Counted from the first letter of the stretch, positions 26,275 through 36,504 are shown. The stretch: DNA of 64,000 bases from Conexivisphaerales archaeon (GCA_030756715.1 JAVBJD010000002.1:4085-68084), one strand, 5' to 3'. Numbers and translations: made by a program. Notes: generated by a model not told the origin, from the letters alone.

Positions 26275-27111
26275 TTAATATTCTTCTTGAACTTCATGAA
26301 CCCCTTTTTCCGCTTCTTCAACCGCCTTTTTCATTTCTTCTTTAACTTCTGCAGGAAGATCGCTTATCTTTGCGCCTGCAGGTGAAATGTTCAGAGATTT
26401 ATCCCAGAGAACCTTTATACCGTCATCATTTATTTCCATAGGGTGCCTAACCATTGAAATCTTCGAATCCCTCATCTTCCAGACTATCACAGACCTGTAA
26501 AGCCTGCCTTCTACCTCATCGAGATCTATTCTTACAATGCCGTCTACAGCGTGCTCAACGCCGGGTCCCCCGAAACCTCTTTCACCTACAGATATCTGGC
26601 TAACGAAAAGCGCGGTGTTACCAAGACCAGCAATAACTCTTTTTAGTATCATAACAGTACCTCTGGCAAGAGCTGGCTTCGTAAGATAAAGCGTGCTTAC
26701 GGAGTCTATCGCAACTCTTTTTGCGCCCGTGTCCTTAATGGCAGCCCTTAAAACGTCAACAAGTTCTTGAACGCTTTCAGGATCCTTTACCAAATATCTT
26801 TCTCTCTGAGCTGAAGAACCTATACCTGCTGTAAAAGCGTCAACTATTGCAAACGAGCCCTCCTTTTCATATTTAGATATGTCCCATGAAAAGTGAGCAA
26901 AGCTTCTCCTGACTGATACTGGGTGCTCTTCTAGCGCAACGAAAACCCCGTGTTCTCCCTTTAAAAGGCCGTTATAAAGGAACTGCTTTGCTAGTATTGA
27001 CTTCCCCGTACCAGGCCCTCCGGAAACAAGAACAACGTTCCTTTCAGGTATTCCTCCATAAAGTATTTCATCAAAACCTGGAACAAAAGTTCTTACTCTG
27101 AAGATTTTCAT
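26275..27111 (-). CDS. Single-domain KaiC-like RecA-superfamily ATPase
   Basis: [37 protein letters not shown]. Confidence 0.9.
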   Translation of the reverse strand: MKIFRVRTFVPGFDEILYGGIPERNVVLVSGGPGTGKSILAKQFLYNGLLKGEHGVFVALEEHPVSVRRSFAHFSWDISKYEKEGSFAIVDAFTAGIGSSAQRERYLVKDPESVQELVDVLRAAIKDTGAKRVAIDSVSTLYLTKPALARGTVMILKRVIAGLGNTALFVSQISVGERGFGGPGVEHAVDGIVRIDLDEVEGRLYRSVIVWKMRDSKISMVRHPMEINDDGIKVLWDKSLNISPAGAKISDLPAEVKEEMKKAVEEAEKGVHEVQEEY

Positions 27112-27197
27112 AATATAATAATCACGTTACTTTTTTATAATCGTTTCTGTACTGATTCCAGAAAGATAATGGTAAACGAAAAATATTAAATTTGTAG

Positions 27198-28409
27198 CTA
27201 AACCTTTGTAAAATACGTATATTCGTTAGCCATAAAAGAACCTTCGCCAAGCGACCATAATCCTAATGCCCTTACTTTTTCTCCTACTTTGAAGTCCTTT
27301 AACTTTGATGACAGTTCTGATGATGCCAATATTTTTCCTTCGCCTGAATCATCTCCTATCATCATTTCATACTTGTCAGGTGTCCTCATTACAAGTTCAG
27401 AAAGCACTATAAAATCAAGCGAAACGTAGCCTTTTTCTGCAGAAGTTACTTTTTGAAGCAAAGGTTGATAGTTCAGTTTTGCGTTATGCTTCAGACATTC
27501 TTCAACTATAAAAATTGGGAACTGAAACCTAGCTTTTTTTAAGATTACTGATTCAGAACCGGCGCACTCACTGTTAAGCTTAGACGGCCTGACGTTACCA
27601 AATTCATCCAAAAGCAGAATGTTTTCTCCAGCGCCATAAACCTCCATGATAGAAGGCGCTAATATCACTGTATATGGTTTCAAGAATGATACCTCTTGCC
27701 CGTAATCGCTTTTCCTGATTAGCGCAGGTGCTGCTGTTATCGTGAGGCCTTCTTCGATTGGCACTTCATATTCGTAGTCCCACAAAACTGCCCTGTACCT
27801 AGTTATGTTTTTTACAAAAAAGCTGACCCCGCTGCCCTCGGACCCGTCTTTTTTCTTGTATGAAACCTTTTTTACCGGGCCTTCAACTATGCCCCTAATT
27901 ATAAAATTCTTTGCGTTTGGGCTTTTTAAAAGAAGTTCCTCCAGCTTTAAGACTTCGTTTGTCGTGCTAACGCTTGATTGTGAGTTCAGATGAACCTCCA
28001 GCTGTTCTTTGTTGCCTTTTTTAACCTGAGCGTTTTTCAGTATTATTTTTGAGCCCAGTGGTATGCTCTTGAAAACATCTTCTTCTCCCCAGTATATACC
28101 TCTCATCAGGTACTCATCATAAATGTAAAAAACCGTCCTTTTTTCGTACTTTTTATAGGACAAAAGGTATGCGGTTAAGTTTACCCCTTTTTTCTCAGCC
28201 GTGATTTCAGATAACTTAGTGTATTCCTCCAACTTTATCCCAAGTTCGTTTAAAATTAGGTAAAGGGCACCGAGATCTGTAAGGTAACCCGCACCTATCT
28301 GCTGCTTTTTTTCTTTTATAAGTTCCATTAGCTTATCTTTTGTCAGATCTTTCCTTGACTCTAAAACTCGATCTATGATTCTGGTCAGTTTTTCATTTTC
28401 AGCATTCAT
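27198..28409 (-). CDS. Replication protein A-like multi-OB-fold ssDNA-binding protein
   Basis: N-terminal IKEKKQQIGAGYLTDLGALYLI helical module, OB-fold segments (YKKKDGSEG, RAVLWD, IGDDSG). Confidence 0.7.
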   Translation of the reverse strand: MNAENEKLTRIIDRVLESRKDLTKDKLMELIKEKKQQIGAGYLTDLGALYLILNELGIKLEEYTKLSEITAEKKGVNLTAYLLSYKKYEKRTVFYIYDEYLMRGIYWGEEDVFKSIPLGSKIILKNAQVKKGNKEQLEVHLNSQSSVSTTNEVLKLEELLLKSPNAKNFIIRGIVEGPVKKVSYKKKDGSEGSGVSFFVKNITRYRAVLWDYEYEVPIEEGLTITAAPALIRKSDYGQEVSFLKPYTVILAPSIMEVYGAGENILLLDEFGNVRPSKLNSECAGSESVILKKARFQFPIFIVEECLKHNAKLNYQPLLQKVTSAEKGYVSLDFIVLSELVMRTPDKYEMMIGDDSGEGKILASSELSSKLKDFKVGEKVRALGLWSLGEGSFMANEYTYFTKV

Positions 28410-29371
28410 TCTTTTTCCTTTATTTCCTGAAGATATCTTAAAGCGTCCAACGCTGCCTTTGCTCCCATGCCAGCAGCAGTGATTGCCTGCCTGTATACTG
28501 GATCTGCTATGTCTCCAGCCGCAAAAACCCCATTAATGCTTGTTCCTGTTTCTCCGTAAAGTTTTATGTACTTGTTCTCAGTAAGCTCGACCTGCCCCTC
28601 GACCAGCATCGTATTCGGTATGTGACCTATATCAATAAAAACGCCTTTTGCTGGAATAAGGGTAACTTCGTTTGTAATTTTGTTTTTTACTTTTACCCCT
28701 TCAACTCTGGTATCACCCACGATCTCCACTACTTCGCTGTTCCACACAAACCTTATGTTAGGCAATGAAAAAGCCCTTTTCTGCATTATAGCCTGAGCTC
28801 TGAGCTTATCCCTTCTGTGTATGAGTGTGACGCTTTTACAGATCTTCGCCAAATAGATAGCATCTTCAACTGCTGTATCTCCTCCTCCAACAACAGCCAC
28901 ATCCATGTTCTTAAAAAACATGCCGTCACACACAGCGCAGTATGAAACCCCTTTACCCTTGAACTTTCTTTCTGAAGGCAACCCGAGTTCTTTTGCGGAA
29001 GCGCCCATAGCTAGTATAACTGCATCTGCTAGGTAAGTGTCATCTTCAACCTTGATCTTAAATGGCCTCTCCATCAGGTTAATTTCCGTAGCGTCCTTAT
29101 CTATAATCTGTGCACCAAGCCTTTCAGCCTGTTGCCTCATCCTTTTCATCAGTTCTGGACCAAGGATGGGCTCTGGAAAACCAGGAAAATTTTCAACTTC
29201 GCTTGTAAGCATCAGTTGGCCTCCTGAAGAATATCCGCCTATCAGTATCATGTCTGCTCCTCCCCTTACAGCATATATAGCTGCCGTAAGACCTGCAGGG
29301 CCGCTCCCTATTATTACTACTTCGTGCTTTTCGGTTTTACCTCCTTCAAAGCCCGACAGCTTAAAACCCAT
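28406..29371 (-). CDS. trxB: Thioredoxin-disulfide reductase
   Basis: GSGPAGLTAA, ENFPGF, YCAVCDG, GGGDTA, FAAGD. Confidence 0.95.
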   Translation of the reverse strand: MGFKLSGFEGGKTEKHEVVIIGSGPAGLTAAIYAVRGGADMILIGGYSSGGQLMLTSEVENFPGFPEPILGPELMKRMRQQAERLGAQIIDKDATEINLMERPFKIKVEDDTYLADAVILAMGASAKELGLPSERKFKGKGVSYCAVCDGMFFKNMDVAVVGGGDTAVEDAIYLAKICKSVTLIHRRDKLRAQAIMQKRAFSLPNIRFVWNSEVVEIVGDTRVEGVKVKNKITNEVTLIPAKGVFIDIGHIPNTMLVEGQVELTENKYIKLYGETGTSINGVFAAGDIADPVYRQAITAAGMGAKAALDALRYLQEIKEKE

Positions 29372-29478
29372 GGTAAAGATAACGTCTTTCTAAAATAATA
29401 AGCGTTATGGAATAATATTCTCCTTTCTGGTTCCAAAAAGCCTTTAAAAGGCAAAGTTATGACCTAAGATGAGAAGAG

Positions 29479-30744
29479 ATGAGCTACGTAACAAAAATGG
29501 TTTGTTCAAGGTGTGGAAAAGTTTACGACCCTAAAGAAGGTCACGTGATGTGTGATAAAAAAGATCTGGGCAGACTGGACGTATTTTATGATTACGAAAA
29601 GATAAAAGAGAAGCTAACGAAGGAATCGCTTTCGAAAAGGCCCCACGACACATGGAGATGGAAAGAACTGATGCCGGTTGATGAAAAGTTCGCTGTCAAA
29701 CTCGGAGAAGGCGGTACGCCTTTGATAAAGGCCACAAGGCTTGCAGAAGCTTATGGTTTGAAGGAGCTCTATATAAAGGACGAAACCAGAAACCCAACAG
29801 GTTCGTTCAAGGACAGGTCCATGTCTGTCAGCGTCGCAAAGGCAGTTGAATTGGGGGTGAAGGTCGATACAACTGCCAGCAGTGGGAACGCTGCGGCAGC
29901 GCTTGCTGCTTACTCTGCAAAGGCTGGAATAAAGACAGTTGCGTTTGTTCTTTCAACTGCCAGCGTTTCTAAAGTGGCCCAGCTGAAACTCTACGGCGCA
30001 TCGGTGATAAAGGTAAGGGGCATAGAAAAAGGGGAAGATCCAACAGTAAAGATGATGCTTGCTGCTGTAGAAGAAATGGGCTGGTATCCTTCACCTTCTT
30101 TCGGTCCTTTTAACCCATACCAAGTTGAAGGGCCTAAAGGCATATCTTTTGAAGTTGCAGAACAGTTTGAATGGAAGCCTTATGACTGGATGCTCGTGCC
30201 GACAGGCAGCAGCTGTCTGCTAGCAGGGATTTGGAAAGGGGTAAGGGACTTAAAAGAGATAGGTTTTGTTAACTACTATCCTAGGCTTGTCCCCGTTCAA
30301 CCTGAGGGAAACAGCCCTCTGGTAAGGGCAATCAAGAACAACATACCTTTTGAAAAGATTGAGGCAGAAAAGCATCCTCATACAATCGCTTCAGGATTAT
30401 CAGACCCATATCCTTGGGATGGTGACGCTTCATTAGAAGGCGTTAAAAAGACGAGAGGTACGGGTGAAACTGCCAACGATGAAGAAATCGCTCAGGCTGT
30501 TAAAGACCTTGCTAAGTACGAAGGAATATTTGCCGAACCCAGTGGTGCCGCTGCTCTTGGCGCTTTAAGAAAGCTAATTGACAATAAGGTGATTGATCGC
30601 AGCGATCGTGTAGTAGTTCTGGTCACTGGCTCAGGGTTCAAGGATCTCGCGTTCGCACAATCCCTTTATAAAGAACCCCCTGAAATAGATGCAGACATAA
30701 ATCAGCTAAAAAAAGCATTAAAAGAAGAAGGAGTTCCTTTTTAA
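29479..30744 (+). CDS. thrC: Threonine synthase (PLP-dependent)
   Basis: LGEGGTPL, NPTGSFKDR, ASSGNA, EPSGAA, VTGSGFKD. Confidence 0.87.
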   Translation: MSYVTKMVCSRCGKVYDPKEGHVMCDKKDLGRLDVFYDYEKIKEKLTKESLSKRPHDTWRWKELMPVDEKFAVKLGEGGTPLIKATRLAEAYGLKELYIKDETRNPTGSFKDRSMSVSVAKAVELGVKVDTTASSGNAAAALAAYSAKAGIKTVAFVLSTASVSKVAQLKLYGASVIKVRGIEKGEDPTVKMMLAAVEEMGWYPSPSFGPFNPYQVEGPKGISFEVAEQFEWKPYDWMLVPTGSSCLLAGIWKGVRDLKEIGFVNYYPRLVPVQPEGNSPLVRAIKNNIPFEKIEAEKHPHTIASGLSDPYPWDGDASLEGVKKTRGTGETANDEEIAQAVKDLAKYEGIFAEPSGAAALGALRKLIDNKVIDRSDRVVVLVTGSGFKDLAFAQSLYKEPPEIDADINQLKKALKEEGVPF

Positions 30745-30748
30745 AAAA

Positions 30749-31225
30749 TTAAACCTTTTCTTTTTTATAGTATTTTTCTGCGTCTTTTACAGCTTCGTAT
30801 ATCTGATAATAAGTGCCACACCTGCATATAACACCGTTAAGTTCTTTTTTCAGTTCCTCACCATCTATATCAGGATTCTTGCTCAGAACGTAATGCGATG
30901 TAACTACAAAAGCAGGAGTGCAGAACCCACACTGCATAGCTCCGTGTTTAACGAAGGACTCCATGAGCTTCTTTGCTCTTTCATCAGAATACAGACCTTC
31001 TGCAGTTATTACCTCTTTTCCATCAGCTTCTACAGCAAGCGTCATGCAGCTCTTTACAGGAATGCCGTCAAGTAGAACTGTGCATAGCCCGCACTCACCT
31101 CTCCAGCAGGCAGCTTTAACGCTTGTTACGCCAAGTTTTTCTCTTAACACATTTAAAAGCAGTTCATTATCTTCTACAGCTACTTCTTTGACTATACCGT
31201 TAACCTTAAGTGAAATGGTCCTCAT
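30749..31225 (-). CDS. Xanthine dehydrogenase family small (2x[2Fe-2S]) subunit, CoxS/CutS-like
   Basis: C.RGECGLCTV, QCGFCTP, CRCGTY; GGAGG upstream of ATG 31225. Confidence 0.92.
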   Translation of the reverse strand: MRTISLKVNGIVKEVAVEDNELLLNVLREKLGVTSVKAACWRGECGLCTVLLDGIPVKSCMTLAVEADGKEVITAEGLYSDERAKKLMESFVKHGAMQCGFCTPAFVVTSHYVLSKNPDIDGEELKKELNGVICRCGTYYQIYEAVKDAEKYYKKEKV

Positions 31226-31226
31226 T

Positions 31227-32093
31227 TCAGGCACCTCCAAAAACTTCTTTTAGAGCACGAGCGGTAAGTATTTTTGACATTTCTTTTCTATATTCTGCGC
31301 TAGCCACAGCATCTGACATAGGTTGCACGGCTTTATATACCACGTCAGAAGCTCTCTTTATGTTTTCTGCAACAGATCCTTCCCAGTTCCATTGAAGAGA
31401 AGAGTTATCAAAATAATAAGGCCTAGGAGCTATAGCCCCAACCGACAAGGCCAATTTTTTCTTTTCATGATGCACTGTGACGGCAACTGTAGCAATGGCA
31501 ACTTCGCTGGCGTTAATAAATTTCAGATATGTTCCCATAACTTTTTCGTCGTTAGGTACGATTATCTTTGTAATGATCTCATCTTCTTTCAGAGATGTCC
31601 TTCCTATGCCAAGAACCAGCTCAGAGGAAGGCAAGAAACGTTTACCTTCAGAGCTCCTGACTTCCAGTACTGAATCCATAGACATAAGTGCAGGTAAACC
31701 ATCTGTACTCGGCATTCCAACACTTATGTTTCCGCCTATAGTAACTGTATGCTGTAGAGTCCTGTCTCCCATAAAGGAAGCCGCCTTAGCCAGCGCAGGG
31801 CATTTTTCTTTTATAAGTTTCGAATTTTGCAGTTCTATTGCAGTTACCATGCTTCCTATTTCAATTCCATTTTCTGTAACGTTTATCTTCTTCAATTCAT
31901 CTATGTTCTTCAAGTCTATTACGTATTCAGGAAAAATCTGCCTTTCTTTCATCAAATTTACAAGCATTATACCCCCTGCCATGACCTTTGCTCTTCCTTT
32001 GTGCTGCTTTAGCATGCCCAGCGCTTCTTCGATATTTTTTGGCTTGAAATAAACGAACTTGGGTAGAGTAAAATAAGGCGTTGTAAAGCTCAT
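31227..32093 (-). CDS. Xanthine dehydrogenase family FAD-binding medium subunit, CoxM/CutM-like
   Basis: MAGG, TIGGNI, AIAPRP, DAVASAEYRK. Confidence 0.92.
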   Translation of the reverse strand: MSFTTPYFTLPKFVYFKPKNIEEALGMLKQHKGRAKVMAGGIMLVNLMKERQIFPEYVIDLKNIDELKKINVTENGIEIGSMVTAIELQNSKLIKEKCPALAKAASFMGDRTLQHTVTIGGNISVGMPSTDGLPALMSMDSVLEVRSSEGKRFLPSSELVLGIGRTSLKEDEIITKIIVPNDEKVMGTYLKFINASEVAIATVAVTVHHEKKKLALSVGAIAPRPYYFDNSSLQWNWEGSVAENIKRASDVVYKAVQPMSDAVASAEYRKEMSKILTARALKEVFGGA

Positions 32094-34489
32094 ATCTGTT
32101 CAACCTCTTTTATGCCTTCTTCAAAAAATGATTTCAAGGCTTTATCTATCAGTTCTGGTTTCTGTTCTTTTATCGCCTTCCATAACTTTTCAGCTGTTAT
32201 AGGCAATTCGTTAATCTTAACTCCCGTTGCTCTGAATATCGCATTTGCTATTGCAGGGGCCACAGCAACCATAACGTGTTCTCCAACACCCCTAGCGCCG
32301 AGGGGTCCATCCTTTTGCGGAGTCTCTATAATATAACTCTCCATGCTTGCAGTCATGTCTTCAAAGTGAGGAACATAATAGGTTATGAGGTTTGGATTTA
32401 GAACTTTTCCGTCTTCGCCGAATTTTAACTGCTCAAACAACGCTGAACCGAGTCCCATTATAAAGCCCCCGTCCATCTGGCCTTTTACAAGCAGAGGATC
32501 TATTGCCTTCCCAACATCATATACCTGCACGGCTCTTAGCACTTTAACTTCTCCTGTAAGCAGGTCTATCTCAAGCTCCACACCTGTACCGCCGTATGTA
32601 TGAAAAACGGTGTTAGATCCATGGCCGTTTGCGTCCAAGAAAGTGTTCAAAATCGGTGCATAGCTTCCTCTTCCTATAACGGGCGAACCAACGGTCGTCC
32701 CATCCGGATATGTATAACCCATAGCAAACTCTCTGATCTCCTTTCTGATCCATGGGTGCGTTTTTGAGTAAGCATAGCCTTCTGATATTTCAACATCGTC
32801 AACCGGCACCTTGAAGACCCGTGAAGCCGTTTCCTTTATCTGATTTTTTGCGTCCTCGATAGCCCTAAGTAGAGCTATGCCGTCAGAGAAAAGCCCTCTG
32901 CTTCCAACTGTCTGCCAAGTATATGGGTTTGTATCCGTGCTAACCATTTCTAGCTGGTTTATCTTGATTTTTTCTAGAGGAACCCCAAATGCCTCTGCAG
33001 CTAAGATCGCTAAGGATGTCGGTGTTCCCTGACCCATGCTGCCGTTCCCTGTTAAAACGTCTATTGTTCCGTCTTCGTTTAACTTCACCACAGCTGAAGC
33101 TCCGGCGTTAGGCGGCTGAGAAGGCGCCTTTACCAAGAGCGCTATACCTTTTGCTCTTATTTTCCAAGGTTCTGAAGCCCTTTCTACATGGTTGAGGTCT
33201 ATTGCTTGGGCCAGAACACTAAGAACTTTTTGAGGGTCGCCTTCGTCTTCTCTAACCCGTTCCCCCGTTGCCCTTACAGACTCCCCTGGCTTTAGCAGGT
33301 TCTTACGCCTTATTTCAACAGGGTCAATTCCAAGGACGCTCGCGGCTCTGTCTAGAGTAAGCTCAAGTGCCCAGTGGTTCTCAGGATGTCCAAAACCCCT
33401 CATAGCTGTTGTTGGAATTTTATTTGTATAAACAGCGTAAGACGTAACGTGAACGTTCGGAATATCGTAAGCCCCGTCAGCAGAATAACCTGCTGTCCTG
33501 GCTACATTTATAGTATAATCTGCGTAAGCTCCAGCATCCAGGTAAAATTCTGCCTTGTATGCTACAAACCTTCCGTCTCTTTTAAATCCGGCCTTAACTT
33601 TTGCTATGAAGCCGTCCCTCGCTGGAGCAGAAGTCATCTGTTCTGCCCTGCTTAAAACCAGCTTAACGGGTTTTCTGCCTGCAAACTTTGAGAGAAGAGC
33701 CACTAGCGGCTCCCAGCCTAGCCCTGCCTTTAACCCAAAACCTCCTCCTGCGGGTGGTGCATGAATTATTATCCTGTTAACGGGCAACTTTAGAGCGTCG
33801 GCCATCAAATACCTTGTTGCAAAAGGCGACTGTATGCTTGTCCAAACCTCGACATAATCGTCAAATCTCCACCAAGCAAGCACGTTTTGAGTTTCCATTG
33901 TAACGTGGCTTATCTGAGGAAGTCTGTATGTTTCTTCAATTATAATTGTATCTTCCTCTTTTAGTGCATTTTCGACATCGCCGTGTTTAAGCTCAAAAAC
34001 GTTTGCGATGTTTGTCCCTGGAACTGGATGAAAACCTGGAAAAACTCTGTACTCTCCAAGCTTTTCGTGAATCAAAGGAGCATCCTTTTCAAGAGCCCTT
34101 TCAACCGTAAGCACGGGCTCTAGCGGTTCGTATTCTACTTTAACTTTTTCTGCGGCTTCTTCAGCAGCTTCTAGAGAATCAGCTATAACTGCTGCAACAG
34201 GATGCCCTATCCACCTTACTTTATCTACAGCGAGCACATCCCTGTCAGATAGATAAAGTCCAAGCCTGTATGGAAAATCCTTTCCGGTTGCAACGTTTAT
34301 AACGCCCTTTACTTTCAAAGCTTCCGATATATCGATGCTCTTTATTTTAGCGTGCGGTAACTTGCTTGTAACAAGCTTTGCATAAAGAGTTCCAGGAAAG
34401 TTAATGTCGAAAGCGTATTTCAGGGTCCCAGTTACTTTCAACCAAGAATCTGCTTGCGGGACCTCTTTTCCAACATTTTTATAAGTCAT
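32090..34489 (-). CDS. Xanthine dehydrogenase family molybdopterin-binding large subunit
   Basis: GGGFGLK, AMRGFG, MGQG, GQMDGG..MG.G, RGVGE (catalytic Glu). Confidence 0.93.
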   Translation of the reverse strand: MTYKNVGKEVPQADSWLKVTGTLKYAFDINFPGTLYAKLVTSKLPHAKIKSIDISEALKVKGVINVATGKDFPYRLGLYLSDRDVLAVDKVRWIGHPVAAVIADSLEAAEEAAEKVKVEYEPLEPVLTVERALEKDAPLIHEKLGEYRVFPGFHPVPGTNIANVFELKHGDVENALKEEDTIIIEETYRLPQISHVTMETQNVLAWWRFDDYVEVWTSIQSPFATRYLMADALKLPVNRIIIHAPPAGGGFGLKAGLGWEPLVALLSKFAGRKPVKLVLSRAEQMTSAPARDGFIAKVKAGFKRDGRFVAYKAEFYLDAGAYADYTINVARTAGYSADGAYDIPNVHVTSYAVYTNKIPTTAMRGFGHPENHWALELTLDRAASVLGIDPVEIRRKNLLKPGESVRATGERVREDEGDPQKVLSVLAQAIDLNHVERASEPWKIRAKGIALLVKAPSQPPNAGASAVVKLNEDGTIDVLTGNGSMGQGTPTSLAILAAEAFGVPLEKIKINQLEMVSTDTNPYTWQTVGSRGLFSDGIALLRAIEDAKNQIKETASRVFKVPVDDVEISEGYAYSKTHPWIRKEIREFAMGYTYPDGTTVGSPVIGRGSYAPILNTFLDANGHGSNTVFHTYGGTGVELEIDLLTGEVKVLRAVQVYDVGKAIDPLLVKGQMDGGFIMGLGSALFEQLKFGEDGKVLNPNLITYYVPHFEDMTASMESYIIETPQKDGPLGARGVGEHVMVAVAPAIANAIFRATGVKINELPITAEKLWKAIKEQKPELIDKALKSFFEEGIKEVEQI

Positions 34490-34627
34490 GTAAGCTTATA
34501 ATGAATGTTTGCTTATTTAAACTTTTTAACAAAAATAACAGAATTTAGACGAATTTCTATTTTTTAGCATTTTAAGTGTACAATAGGTTTTTAAAATGGG
34601 CAAAGATTGTTTAATATGGCTTTTTGT

Positions 34628-35332
34628 TTAATCTTCTAGCATCTTTATGTGCTTTACAGGGTTCCCTTCAAATTTAAAAGCTCTGCTTATTATCATGAGT
34701 TCTGGCCCTGTAGTGCTCCGACCTACAATAAGACCATTAGTATTTCCAACAATTCCCGAAGCTACAAAAGGTACCCCACCATTTATGGAGCCCACATCCA
34801 CATCAACGCCGAGCGCCTCTTTGGCTTTTTTAAGCTCTTCCCCGTTTGACATGGGATGCAGCAGCGCTCCGTTATTTGTAGCCATGCCAACAGCCCCAAC
34901 CTGAAAGTATCCCGCTATAGGCATCCTGATGAACTTTACTTTTAATACTCTAGATGCCTGCTCAACTTCCCTGTCAGAAAGAATGGGTGAGGCTATACCG
35001 CCATAGTCATTGACCAAAAAAAGGTTTCCAACTGATGTGTAAATAGAGTCGAGCCTTTCCACTTTTCCGCTTATCGATCTTTCTATCCCTGCTACTTCAT
35101 CATCAGTTGCGAACTTGGTCACAAGCGCCCCAGAAGAATTCATAACCATCAATGGCCCTAGTAGCCTTCCGCCCCCAGCACTGGCGTAATAAAAGTTAAC
35201 CCTAAGCATTTCGGCCATCAATTTTCCCTTTCTTTCAGGGTAACCTTGAGGAATCAATAATGCTCGCTCAGATACCTTTAGGAACAATCCAACGTTTGGG
35301 TTTCTGTATACATTGTAAAGGTATATCGACAA
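34628..35332 (-). CDS. eif6: Translation initiation factor aIF6 (eIF6)
   Basis: VGNLFLVNDYG, VGAVGMATNNGALLHP, GSINGGVPFVASG..N..G..VG..TTGPEL. Confidence 0.93.
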   Translation of the reverse strand: MSIYLYNVYRNPNVGLFLKVSERALLIPQGYPERKGKLMAEMLRVNFYYASAGGGRLLGPLMVMNSSGALVTKFATDDEVAGIERSISGKVERLDSIYTSVGNLFLVNDYGGIASPILSDREVEQASRVLKVKFIRMPIAGYFQVGAVGMATNNGALLHPMSNGEELKKAKEALGVDVDVGSINGGVPFVASGIVGNTNGLIVGRSTTGPELMIISRAFKFEGNPVKHIKMLED

Positions 35333-35413
35333 CTTTTGTTTCTGTAATTTTTCCCCTTTTAAACGTTTATTAAATTCCGCAATGTTTTTTATTACTTAAG
35401 TTAAAGTTTAGGT

Positions 35414-35971
35414 TTGATGCAGGAAGCCTTAAAAATAGCTTTGATCGCTGTTACTGCAATATTTTATTTGCCCGGCGCAATCGAAGATTTCCTCCATAGA
35501 GAGGTTGATGATATATTTATCTTTCTTCCTTATCTTTCTTACATAGTTACTTATTTTATATTTGGAATAAGGGTTGCCTTGTTTGGGGTTTTTATGGGCA
35601 TAATAATAGGAATAGCGTCCTACATATTATTTAGGTATAATTATATTGCAAGCGGTGACCTCCTCGGCCTGCCCGCTATATTTTCTGCTGTGTATGTTCT
35701 GGACTTTTTGCCCGTGTTTTTATCGATTATAACCATTTTTGACCTCATGAGGGTTTATCTAAGGAAGAAGGGGCTTAAGATAAAAAAGGACAAAATTAAA
35801 AACGAAGAAAGGAAGTTCTGGTTGCCAGAAAAACAAGGATCAGAAAATAATGAAAAACAAGATAATTCAAAAACAGAATTTTATCAGTATGGCGTTCCTC
35901 TACTGGGTTATGCATTTTTAGCGTATTTCCTGTCTGCTGTTTTATATTTAATCATAAACTTCTTTACATAG
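35414..35971 (+). CDS. Membrane protein, probable A24 family prepilin/class III signal peptidase
   Basis: D...REVDD in the first loop, ASGD (GxGD-like), C-terminal YGVPLL; highly hydrophobic. Confidence 0.55.
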   Translation: MMQEALKIALIAVTAIFYLPGAIEDFLHREVDDIFIFLPYLSYIVTYFIFGIRVALFGVFMGIIIGIASYILFRYNYIASGDLLGLPAIFSAVYVLDFLPVFLSIITIFDLMRVYLRKKGLKIKKDKIKNEERKFWLPEKQGSENNEKQDNSKTEFYQYGVPLLGYAFLAYFLSAVLYLIINFFT

Positions 35972-36016
35972 AGACAAACAATCTTATTTTTCGATCGGCT
36001 ACGACTTATTTTAAAA

Positions 36017-36090
36017 TGGGCCCGGTGGGACTTGAACCCACGACCGCCCGGTTATGAGCCGGGCGCTCTGCCATCCTGAGCTACGGGCCC
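36017..36090 (-). tRNA. tRNA with CAT anticodon, most likely tRNA-Ile2 (agmatidine-modified)
   Basis: GGGCCCG/CGGGCCC acceptor (Ile-type), CCCGG-CT-CAT-AA-CCGGG anticodon arm, GTGGG-TTCAAGT-CCCAC T arm. Confidence 0.92.
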
Positions 36091-36129
36091 TTTATCTTGG
36101 TTGTTGTTTTTTGTTTTTAACTTTGTCGT

Positions 36130-36504
36130 TTATTTAAGCAACACACCTGAAAGGGCGCCGTTCTTTGATGGTTTTGAAGTTATCCTAACTTTTCCTAGCT
36201 CTGTAGCTACAATAGCGCCTTTTGTAATAACGCCCCTTCTTTCATAATCTCTGTTAGCTGGGTTAGAAACGACGGATAAAATTTTAACGTTTTTAGTTCC
36301 TTCTGGAGTTGCAACGTTTACTTTATCTGTTCTCACCACATATGTTACTATATTTCCGCCCCTAACTCTTCTACTTTTAGTTATAAGCTCACCAACTTCA
36401 ACGACACGTGGCTGCGCTTTCCTTTCTCTTCTCCTTTTTCCCCTGTACGCTCTCCTTTTACCTCCCGTAATCTTTCTTTTGGTTAAATTTTCAATGTTTG
36501 GCAT
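36130..36504 (-). CDS. rps8e: 30S ribosomal protein S8e
   Basis: KRKITGGKR, RVRGGN, NPANRDYERRGVITKGA, RITSKP..G. Confidence 0.95.
   Translation of the reverse strand: MPNIENLTKRKITGGKRRAYRGKRRRERKAQPRVVEVGELITKSRRVRGGNIVTYVVRTDKVNVATPEGTKNVKILSVVSNPANRDYERRGVITKGAIVATELGKVRITSKPSKNGALSGVLLK

Noticed and set aside
31323-33764. Several plus-strand ORFs (up to 191 aa) opposite the LMS genes, representative of the many short nested ORFs in the track
   Set aside because: Antisense or alternate-frame shadows of well-supported genes
32090-34489. Aerobic CO dehydrogenase call
   Set aside because: Lacks the AYxCSFR copper-binding loop, and no coxDEFG accessory genes are in view
36017-36090. tRNA-Met call for the CAT tRNA
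   Set aside because: The GGGCCCG acceptor stem is Ile-type; there is no initiator A1-U72 pair or GGG/CCC anticodon-stem signature
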